Assembly: GCA_965224465.1 (NCBI GenBank)
Contig: OZ245049.1
Coordinates: 2,970,001 to 3,002,000, forward strand
Length of the DNA: 32,000 nt
Reading direction: 5' to 3'
DNA from: Flavobacteriaceae bacterium
GTDB lineage: Bacteria > Bacteroidota > Bacteroidia > Flavobacteriales > Flavobacteriaceae
Part shown: in pieces, positions 25,106 to 32,000 of the stretch
How the letters are laid out: every line of letters starts with the position of its first letter
Position numbering within the stretch: position 1 is the first letter of the stretch
The notes under the pieces: model-generated
Seen by the model: the letters and a program-made list of their open reading frames with translations, nothing else
Database searches by the model: none
What the model was told of the DNA's origin: nothing
Position numbers and translations under genes: made by a program

Positions 25106-25750
25106 ATGAAAAAGCAAAACTTAATTATAGTAGACGATCATGTATTGTTCTCCCAGGCATTGAAAGGATTGATAGAAAATTTTGAAGAATATAATATACA
25201 AGCTGTACTTGGAAATGGCAAAGAATTGATGACTTGGTTTAGCGAAAACGAAGAGCATCCAGCCGTGATATTGATGGATATTAACATGCCTATTATGGAC
25301 GGGGTTGAAGCGACAAGATGGTTGAGTGAAAATTACCCAAAAGTAAAAGTGTTAGCACTTTCTATGGACGATCACGAAGCTACCATTATTACCATGCTGC
25401 GCGCTGGGGCAAAAGGCTATTTACTAAAAGACATTCATCCAAAAATTTTAAGACAAGGAATTAACGAGGTTATAGTAAACGGTGTGTTCTATACAGAAAA
25501 GGTAACAAACACTATTTTAAGTACCTACCAACCTAATAATTCTGGTTCTTCGGTGATGCTAAAACCTCGTGAATTGGAGTTTTTAAAATTAGCCTGTACG
25601 GATAAAACGTATAGAGAAATAGCCAGTGATATGTGCCTAAGTCCTAAAACAGTTGATGGGTATAGGGAGGTTCTATTTGCAAAATTGGAAGTTAAAAACC
25701 GAGTGGGATTGGTGTTGTATGGTATAAAAGAAAAATTGGTAGTGTTGTGA
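25106..25750 (+). CDS. Response regulator, NarL/LuxR family
   Basis: Receiver domain (IIVDDH...LMDINMPIMDG...ALSM...KGYLLKD) plus a LuxR-type HTH (LKPRELEFLKLACTDKTYREIASDMCLSPKTVDGYR). Confidence 0.9.
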   Translation: MKKQNLIIVDDHVLFSQALKGLIENFEEYNIQAVLGNGKELMTWFSENEEHPAVILMDINMPIMDGVEATRWLSENYPKVKVLALSMDDHEATIITMLRAGAKGYLLKDIHPKILRQGINEVIVNGVFYTEKVTNTILSTYQPNNSGSSVMLKPRELEFLKLACTDKTYREIASDMCLSPKTVDGYREVLFAKLEVKNRVGLVLYGIKEKLVVL

Positions 25751-25865
25751 TGCTGTTAATTGTTATTGGTTGAGCAATGGGGTTCAAACAAGCCAATCGC
25801 CAATTTATATAACAATAATATAGGGTCTCCTTTCAAATCCTTATCTTTACCAAAAATAGATCACA

Positions 25866-26225
25866 TTGGGGAAAATTACAGTAAGCAATATTAAAGTGTA
25901 CGCCTATCATGGATGTTTGGATGAAGAAGGCAAAATTGGGTCAGATTACCGAGTAGATGTTACTATTAAAGCAAATTTACGTAAGTCTGCAGTTTCGGAT
26001 CACTTAGAAGACACCGTAGATTATGTGCATTTGAATAAAATTGTGAAAGAAGAAATGTCCATCAGATCTAAATTATTAGAAGAAGTGGTAGAACGTATTT
26101 TGATACGTATTATGCAGGAAATTAAATTAGTAGATAAGGCTAGGGTAGCAGTTTCTAAATTAAACCCACCAATAGGAGGCAATGTAGAAATGGTAACCGT
26201 GGAAAGTAGTAAGAAAAGAAAGTAA
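25866..26225 (+). CDS. folB: Dihydroneopterin aldolase
   Basis: ITVSNIKVYAYHGCLDEEGKIGSDYRVDVTI...LEDTVDYVHL...LLEEVVERI is a typical FolB pattern. The start is TTG per the track and remains uncertain. Confidence 0.8.
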   Translation: MGKITVSNIKVYAYHGCLDEEGKIGSDYRVDVTIKANLRKSAVSDHLEDTVDYVHLNKIVKEEMSIRSKLLEEVVERILIRIMQEIKLVDKARVAVSKLNPPIGGNVEMVTVESSKKRK

Positions 26226-26232
26226 AAATACC

Positions 26233-26263
26233 TTGTAGGTTTCTTAAAAACTACCTAGATTTG
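26233..26263 (+). promoter_or_regulatory. Promoter of tRNA-Cys (TTG, 20-nt spacer, TAgaTTTG)
   Basis: ttg at 26233-26235 and tagatttg at 26256-26263, 12 nt upstream of the tRNA 5' end. Confidence 0.5.
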
Positions 26264-26275
26264 CTCACCGATAAT

Positions 26276-26349
26276 GGCGTCGTGGCCGAGTGGCTAGGCA
26301 GCGGTCTGCAAAACCGTCTACAGCGGTTCGAATCCGCTCGTCGCCTCCA
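26276..26349 (+). tRNA. tRNA-Cys (anticodon GCA)
   Basis: Cloverleaf folded by hand. Acceptor stem ggcgtcg/cgtcgcc (one T-T mismatch). Anticodon stem gcggt/accgt with loop ctGCAaa. T arm agcgg-ttcgaat-ccgct. Encoded CCA at 26347-26349. Confidence 0.85.
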
Positions 26350-26350
26350 T

Positions 26351-26380
26351 AAAACCGTATCATTCCGATACGGTTTTTTT
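26351..26380 (+). terminator. Intrinsic terminator after tRNA-Cys
   Basis: aaaccgtatc attcc gatacggttt followed by a T run. Confidence 0.8.
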
Positions 26381-26441
26381 GTTTTCTTTAACATTTATTT
26401 AATATAAAATTTATCACCTTTGTACCTAAAGAGAGGCTAAA

Positions 26442-27302
26442 ATGAAGATATATTCAATCGAAACAGGTAATTTTAAATTGGACGGAGGAGCCATGTTTGG
26501 TGTCGTACCTAAAGTCCTATGGCAGCGTACAAACCCTGCCGATGCTAATAATTTAATAGATATGGCATTGCGCTGTATGTTGATAGAAGATGGAGACAGA
26601 TTGATCCTTATTGATACTGGAGTCGGTAACAAACAATCAGAAAAGTTTTTTAGTTATTATTACATGTTTGGAGACCATAGCTTAGATGTTTCTTTAGCAA
26701 AACATGGGTTTCATAGGAATCAAATTACAGATGTGTTTTTAACACATTTACATTTTGATCATGTAGGAGGCTGTATTCAATGGAATAAAGACCATACGGG
26801 GTATGAACCTGCGTTTAAAAACGCGAAATTCTGGTCAAATAAAAAGCATTGGCATTGGGCTGATGTTCCGAATGTTCGTGAAAAAGCTTCTTTTTTAAAA
26901 GAAAATATAAACCCAATAGAAAAGAGTGGTCAATTAAATTTTGTAGACATCCCATCGGGGAATTATTTAAAAAACTCTCCTTTAGGTTTTGATATCTTAT
27001 TTGCGGACGGACATACCGAAAAACAAATGTTGCCTACCTTAAAATACCAAGATAAAACAATCATATATGCAGCAGATTTATTACCTACAGTTGGTCATAT
27101 TCCGCTACCGTATGTTATGGGATATGATACACGTCCATTATTAACTATGGATGAGAAAGCTGTGTTTTTGAAAAAGGCAGCAGACGAAAATCACTATATA
27201 TTCCTTGAACACGATGCACATAATGAAGTATGTACTGTGCAACATACCGAAAAAGGAGTACGATTAAAAAATACGTATACGTTTAACGAAATATTCAATT
27301 AA
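26442..27302 (+). CDS. MBL-fold metallo-hydrolase
   Basis: THLHFDHVGG motif and downstream His/Asp ligands (ADGHTE, HD). Confidence 0.85.
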   Translation: MKIYSIETGNFKLDGGAMFGVVPKVLWQRTNPADANNLIDMALRCMLIEDGDRLILIDTGVGNKQSEKFFSYYYMFGDHSLDVSLAKHGFHRNQITDVFLTHLHFDHVGGCIQWNKDHTGYEPAFKNAKFWSNKKHWHWADVPNVREKASFLKENINPIEKSGQLNFVDIPSGNYLKNSPLGFDILFADGHTEKQMLPTLKYQDKTIIYAADLLPTVGHIPLPYVMGYDTRPLLTMDEKAVFLKKAADENHYIFLEHDAHNEVCTVQHTEKGVRLKNTYTFNEIFN

Positions 27303-27313
27303 AAAGAGATTCG

Positions 27314-29011
27314 ATGAAAATTAATAAATTAGTTTTAGGCTTAGGACTTGTTTCTATTGCCTTTACAGGATGTAAAACTACCCAGGTAGCTACAACAAAA
27401 TCAAAAACAACGGTTACGATACCTTCTGTTTTAACTGCAACGGATGCCGTAGTTGCTAAAAAAGGGGTGATGACTCCAGAAGAAATAAAAGCATGGCCAC
27501 ATATGGATATCTTTAAAGATTCTGTTCCAGGAATAAGTTTAGAGAAAGCCTATGACTTTGTAAAAAATAAGAAAGGAAAAATTGTGATTGTTGGTATTAT
27601 TGACTCAGGGGTGGATATTGAGCATGAAGATTTAAAAGATGTAGTTTGGACCAATCCTAAAGAAATTGCAGGAAATGGTATAGATGATGACAAAAACGGT
27701 TATATAGATGATATGCATGGGTGGAACTTTTTAGGAGGTAAAAAAGGAACCAAAGCTCCAGAGCAATTAGAAGTAACACGTATGTATAAAGCTGCCAAAG
27801 CTCGTTTTGACGGGAAGACAGCTGTAACTATTGCTGCTGCTGATAAAGCAGACTTCGAAATGTATCAAAAACTAAAAGAGATTTACACCAAAAAATCTGA
27901 AGGAGGGATACGTACTTTAGAGCGTATGAATTTCTTAATGGATGCAATTAATAGTATAAAAAAACATTTAGGAAAAGATGATTTTACCTTGAGTGATGTA
28001 ACTGCTATTAAAACCGATGATCCAGGTTTAGGACAAAAAGTAGCTGCGATTACTGCAATTTATGGCCGTGGTGCTTCTGAAAAAGACATTGCAGATTACC
28101 GTAATAATTTACTTTCAAATAAATCGTATGATTTGGATTTTAACGGAAGAGTTACAGGTGATGACGCCGATGACTGGAGTACGAAATCATATGGAAATAA
28201 CATCGTATTAGGTGGTGGAGCTGATGAATTACACGGGACACACGTATCAGGAATTGTTGCTGCTTCTAGAAACAACGGTATTGGAATGAATGGGGTTGCA
28301 AAAAATGTTCAAATTATGACCGTTAGAGCAGTGCCAGATGGTGATGAATATGATAAAGATGTTGCTTTGGCAATCCGTTACGTTGTAGACAATGGAGCAA
28401 AAGTGGTGAATATGAGTTTTGGTAAAGCATTTTCACCTCACAGTAAATGGGTGTATGATGCTATGAAATATGCAGAAAAACATGATGTTTTATTAGTAAA
28501 AGCAGCAGGAAACAACGGTGAAGATATCGATTTACCTTCGTATGTGCATTTCCCTACAGACTCTCCTATAAATGGATCAGAAGAAATTGTAGATAATATA
28601 TTAACCGTTGGTGCTATGACACGTCATTTTGATGAGAATTTATGTGCTACTTTTTCTAACTATGGAAAAACTAGAGTTGATATTTTTGCGCCTGGATTGG
28701 AAATTTATTCTACCATCCCTAAGGACAATGCGTATTTATCTATCCAAGGAACTTCTATGGCATCCCCAGAAGTGGCTGGTGTAGCCGCGTTGGTTAGATC
28801 ATACTATCCATCATTAACTGCTTCTCAAGTAAAATACATTATTATTAATTCTGGAATAGAATTTAATAGAGAAGTGATTGTTCCTGGATCTAGATCTCAA
28901 CTTAATCCTAAAGGAATACTTAAAAATTTCAATGATTTATCAGTAAATGGAAGAATTTTAAATGCTTACAATGCACTTGTAATGGCTGATAAAATGGTTA
29001 ACGAAAAATAA
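27314..29011 (+). CDS. S8-family (subtilisin-like) serine peptidase, lipoprotein
   Basis: Lipobox AFTGC. Catalytic triad motifs IIDSGVD, HGTHVSGIV and GTSMASPEVAG. Confidence 0.9.
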   Translation: MKINKLVLGLGLVSIAFTGCKTTQVATTKSKTTVTIPSVLTATDAVVAKKGVMTPEEIKAWPHMDIFKDSVPGISLEKAYDFVKNKKGKIVIVGIIDSGVDIEHEDLKDVVWTNPKEIAGNGIDDDKNGYIDDMHGWNFLGGKKGTKAPEQLEVTRMYKAAKARFDGKTAVTIAAADKADFEMYQKLKEIYTKKSEGGIRTLERMNFLMDAINSIKKHLGKDDFTLSDVTAIKTDDPGLGQKVAAITAIYGRGASEKDIADYRNNLLSNKSYDLDFNGRVTGDDADDWSTKSYGNNIVLGGGADELHGTHVSGIVAASRNNGIGMNGVAKNVQIMTVRAVPDGDEYDKDVALAIRYVVDNGAKVVNMSFGKAFSPHSKWVYDAMKYAEKHDVLLVKAAGNNGEDIDLPSYVHFPTDSPINGSEEIVDNILTVGAMTRHFDENLCATFSNYGKTRVDIFAPGLEIYSTIPKDNAYLSIQGTSMASPEVAGVAALVRSYYPSLTASQVKYIIINSGIEFNREVIVPGSRSQLNPKGILKNFNDLSVNGRILNAYNALVMADKMVNEK

Positions 29012-29036
29012 AAGAGTACTATTTTTTTACACATAT

Positions 29037-29075
29037 AAAAGAGCATTTCCCTTATGTAGAGAAATGCTCTTTTTG
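29037..29075 (+). terminator. Intrinsic terminator after the S8 peptidase gene
   Basis: agagcatttc (29040-29049) pairs with gaaatgctct (29061-29070), followed by tttt. Confidence 0.7.
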
Positions 29076-29080
29076 ATTTT

Positions 29081-29155
29081 ATACCAATTACAACCCAAAA
29101 TGACTGATATAAATAATTCCATTTCTAAACCGCCACTTTGAAATGTATTTGATAT
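29081..29155 (-). repeat. MITE-like element, internally deleted copy (75 bp)
   Basis: ataccaattacaacccaaaatgactgatataaata is the reverse of the 3' arm. It is joined directly to attccatttctaaaccgccactttgaaatgtatttgatat, the reverse of the 5' arm. Confidence 0.7.
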
Positions 29156-29286
29156 TAATGATTGCTGTAAAGCTAATTGATGTCAAATGGTATTATTTTT
29201 GATGAAACAGAAACGATATAAAAAACAATTGTATTTCCAAAACAGTTGTTTAGAAACACAATTGATGACTACTAAATAACAACCGA

Positions 29287-31155
29287 ATGAATTTAAGAAA
29301 ACAACACCTATTTTTAGTTCTTTTAATCGCTTTTTCAGGCTTAAAAGCACAACAAAACATAGGAAAACAACGAACAAACCCAGGGTATTGGCAACAACGA
29401 GTAAACTACACGATGGAGGTAGATATGGATGTGAAAAACTTCCAGTATAAAGGAACTCAAAAACTAGTCTATACCAATAACTCTCCTGACAATTTGCACC
29501 AAGTGTTTTATCATTTGTATTTCAATGCTTTTCAGCCAGGCAGTGAAATGGACATGCGTTTGCAAACCATCAAAGATCCTGATGGAAGGATGGTAAACAA
29601 CATAGGAACTGTAGAAAGTCCCATATATCAAAGTAGAATTTCCATTCTAAAGCCAAACGAGATTGGATATCTAAAAGTAGTAAGTTTGTTGCAAGATGGA
29701 AAAAAAGTAGCTTTTAAAGTGGAAGGAACCATCTTACAAGTGACTTTAAATACCCCTATTTTATCGGGTACATCTGTGATTTTTGAAATGGAATTTGAAG
29801 GACAGGTTCCAGTTCAAATTAGGAGATCGGGGCGTAATAATAAAGGAGGAGTTGCATTGACCATGACACAGTGGTATCCAAAAATAGCTGAATATGATTA
29901 TCAAGGATGGCAAGCACATCCTTATATTGCTAGGGAGTTTCAAGGTGTTTGGGGTGATTTTGATCTTAGGTTACACATCGATAAAAAATATACCGTTGCG
30001 GCATCTGGTTATATTCAAAATCCGCAAGAAGTAGGCCATGGTTATGAAGACCCATCTAAGAAATTAAAAAAATCAAAATCTAAAAAAATAACATGGCATT
30101 TTAAAGCGCCCAATGTACACGATTTTAGTTGGGCTGCAGATCCTGATTATATCCATGATAAACTAGCGGTAGATAAGGAAAGAACGTTGCACTTTTTCTA
30201 TAAAAAATCACTTGCTAAAAAATACAGAAAAAACTGGAAACAATTTCAACCTAAGGCTGTGGAAATCATGCAGTATTTTAACAAATACATAGGAGAATAC
30301 CCTTACAAACAATATTCTATTATCCAAGGAGGTGACGGAGGTATGGAGTACGCTATGTTAACCATGATAACTGGAAAAAGAAGTCAAGGAAGCTTGGCAG
30401 GGATCACGGCACATGAAATGGCACATATGTGGTTCCAGCATATATTGGCAACTAACGAGAGTACACATCCGTGGATGGATGAAGGATTTACGAGTTATAT
30501 TTCTGATAAATGTATGGATGCTATTTTTGATAGAAATAGTAAAGAAATTTTTAAAGGTTCTTATGATTCATATAACTATTTAGTGAATTCGGGGAAGCAA
30601 GAACCATTAACTACTCATGGAGATCGTTTTAATTTGAATATGGCTTATGGCATCGCAAGTTATAGTATGGGTACTATATTTTTAAACCAACTGGAATATA
30701 TTATTGGGAAAGAAAATTTAGCCAGCACACTTAAAAAGTACTTTGATGATTTCAAGTTTACGCATCCTACACCCAACGATTTTAAACGTGTTGCAGAACG
30801 TGTTTCAGGGATCCAACTTGAATGGTATTTGAATGAGTGGATACAAACTACGCATACGATAGATTATGGAGTAACCAAAGTGATGGAGAATCAAATCACA
30901 TTAACAAGACTTGGGGCAATGCCGATGCCTATTGATTTAACAGTCCAATATACCGATGGGACCTCAGAGAATTATTACATCCCATTACGTATGATGCGTG
31001 GTCAAAAACCAAGCGTTGCAATCTTATTAAAAAGTTGGGCTTGGGCAGTACCTAATTATACGTTTAAAGCAAGTAAAACAATTAAATCTGTAACGATAGA
31101 CCCTTCCAATCGCATGGCAGATGTAAATAAAGCAAACAATGTATTTACTTTTTAG
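29287..31155 (+). CDS. M1-family zinc metallopeptidase (secreted)
   Basis: Signal peptide. HEMAHMWF followed by WMDEGFTSY (HEXXH-18-E). Confidence 0.9.
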   Translation: MNLRKQHLFLVLLIAFSGLKAQQNIGKQRTNPGYWQQRVNYTMEVDMDVKNFQYKGTQKLVYTNNSPDNLHQVFYHLYFNAFQPGSEMDMRLQTIKDPDGRMVNNIGTVESPIYQSRISILKPNEIGYLKVVSLLQDGKKVAFKVEGTILQVTLNTPILSGTSVIFEMEFEGQVPVQIRRSGRNNKGGVALTMTQWYPKIAEYDYQGWQAHPYIAREFQGVWGDFDLRLHIDKKYTVAASGYIQNPQEVGHGYEDPSKKLKKSKSKKITWHFKAPNVHDFSWAADPDYIHDKLAVDKERTLHFFYKKSLAKKYRKNWKQFQPKAVEIMQYFNKYIGEYPYKQYSIIQGGDGGMEYAMLTMITGKRSQGSLAGITAHEMAHMWFQHILATNESTHPWMDEGFTSYISDKCMDAIFDRNSKEIFKGSYDSYNYLVNSGKQEPLTTHGDRFNLNMAYGIASYSMGTIFLNQLEYIIGKENLASTLKKYFDDFKFTHPTPNDFKRVAERVSGIQLEWYLNEWIQTTHTIDYGVTKVMENQITLTRLGAMPMPIDLTVQYTDGTSENYYIPLRMMRGQKPSVAILLKSWAWAVPNYTFKASKTIKSVTIDPSNRMADVNKANNVFTF

Positions 31156-31167
31156 TGACAGGACTTG

Positions 31168-31321
31168 TACCAACTAAAATCCGAAATAACCGATATAAAT
31201 AGTTTATGTTGCATTTTAGTTTTATTGAAAAACAGAACGATAGCTATCCTTCCATTTTTCGTCTAGCTAAAACAAAAAATAATTTCATTTCTAAACCGTC
31301 ACTTGGAAATGCATTTGGTAT
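31168..31321 (-). repeat. MITE-like element, full copy in reverse orientation (154 bp)
   Basis: The reverse complement reads ataccaaatgcatttccaagtgacggtttagaaatgaaatt...ctatttatatcggttatttcggattttagttggta. It lies between the M1 peptidase stop and the terminator at 31359-31400. Confidence 0.8.
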
Positions 31322-31358
31322 ATAGGACATAAGGGAGCCAGAAATAAAGATTAAATAG

Positions 31359-31400
31359 AGAGCAATTGTAAGTAGTAATACGGCAATTGCTCTTTTTTTT
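31359..31400 (+). terminator. Intrinsic terminator (stem agagcaattg / caattgctct plus T8)
   Basis: Hairpin at 31359-31393 followed by tttttttt. Confidence 0.7.
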
Positions 31401-31484
31401 GAGGGCTAAAATCAAGACGATATCCCATTTATAAAGTTGCTCAATTTTCCGATTTGTGAGCTTTAAAACTATGCGTTTTTAACA

Positions 31485-31937
31485 CTAAGAAACCGCTAAT
31501 ATTTCCATCAGTTTCCCTTGGAACTGAATGCGATCTCCTTGTTTTTTACCCAACAGCAATTTTCCAATTGGAGCATGGGTGGAGATTCCAAAGTACAATT
31601 GCTTATTCAATGTTATTTGTCCAGTAGCAATGCCCATATAATAAGTGCCAATTTCTAAGTGAACCAAGCTTCCTAGGCAGACTAAATTTGACGTATTTTC
31701 TGGATTAATCTTGGAGAGTACCCGTTGCATGTGTTGTACGTTTTCTAATTGTTGCCCTGCTTTTTCCATTTCTAACTGAATCATGGCCCTCCCTGTTTCG
31801 TGTTTGTCTCCAGCGGAGCTTTTTGTTTCGCTATTCAAGTCGTTTTTGCAAGATTTAATGGTGTGTTCTATGGTTTCTAGACGTTCTTGTACGTATTGTT
31901 TGCAAAAGGCATGTAATTGCTGTTTTAGAAGTTGCAT
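31485..31937 (-). CDS. GreA/GreB C-terminal-domain-like hypothetical protein
   Basis: 150 aa with an N-terminal coiled region. The C-terminus (...VCLGSLVHLE...APIGKLLLGKKQGDRIQFQG...) resembles the GreA/B FKBP-like domain. The function is uncertain. Confidence 0.6.
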   Translation of the reverse strand: MQLLKQQLHAFCKQYVQERLETIEHTIKSCKNDLNSETKSSAGDKHETGRAMIQLEMEKAGQQLENVQHMQRVLSKINPENTSNLVCLGSLVHLEIGTYYMGIATGQITLNKQLYFGISTHAPIGKLLLGKKQGDRIQFQGKLMEILAVS

Positions 31938-32000
31938 ATATAGAAATAATTAACAGGATTAAACGTCAAATATAAAGGAATAATACGGATCGGTATTTAA

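Noticed and set aside
13033-29943. Other short overlapping ORFs: 13033-13215(-), 14620-14802(-), 15275-15490(-), 16178-16387(+), 18805-18990(+), 18973-19194(-), 23434-23616(-), 23662-23844(-), 24505-24765(-), 26426-26632(-), 29183-29377(-), 29761-29943(-)
   Set aside because: Each is antisense to, or overlaps, a better-supported gene or IS leader. They have low-complexity composition and no motifs.

Overview
Visibly AT-rich chromosomal segment of Flavobacteriaceae (Bacteroidota) type. The protein sequences, the TAnnTTTG -7 promoter boxes and the lack of Shine-Dalgarno sites all fit this. About two thirds is ordinary housekeeping: rnr, gltX, folB, tatA, tRNA-Cys, an SPFH protein, a lipid kinase, S8 and M1 peptidases, an MBL hydrolase, a NarL-type two-component operon and a PNGase F-like protein.

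The left 7.7 kb is an accessory, decaying island. It holds an array of five promoterless orphan cassettes. Each cassette has a conserved linker, then a variable NlpC/P60-type (TIGR02594-like) peptidoglycan amidase domain, then a different small ORF that is often a lipoprotein and is presumably an immunity gene. Every amidase module is broken by an in-frame stop, a homopolymer frameshift or a deletion. One cassette is duplicated perfectly (1033 bp) around an ISL3 remnant. The island ends in a nested IS pile: IS256, next to a truncated IS4-like copy, which abuts a truncated IS1380-like transposase gene.

A full copy of the same IS4-like element splits a MATE efflux gene with a clean 7-bp target duplication.

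The most unusual non-coding signal is a dispersed ~160-bp MITE-like element with terminal inverted repeats. At least 9 full, tandem, half or miniature copies occur in 32 kb, always at gene ends.

Several otherwise conserved genes (ybjQ-like, and a membrane protein upstream of the kinase) also carry in-frame stops. This suggests genome decay or sequencing errors rather than recoding.

All functional calls rest on motif recognition from memory. No searches were run.
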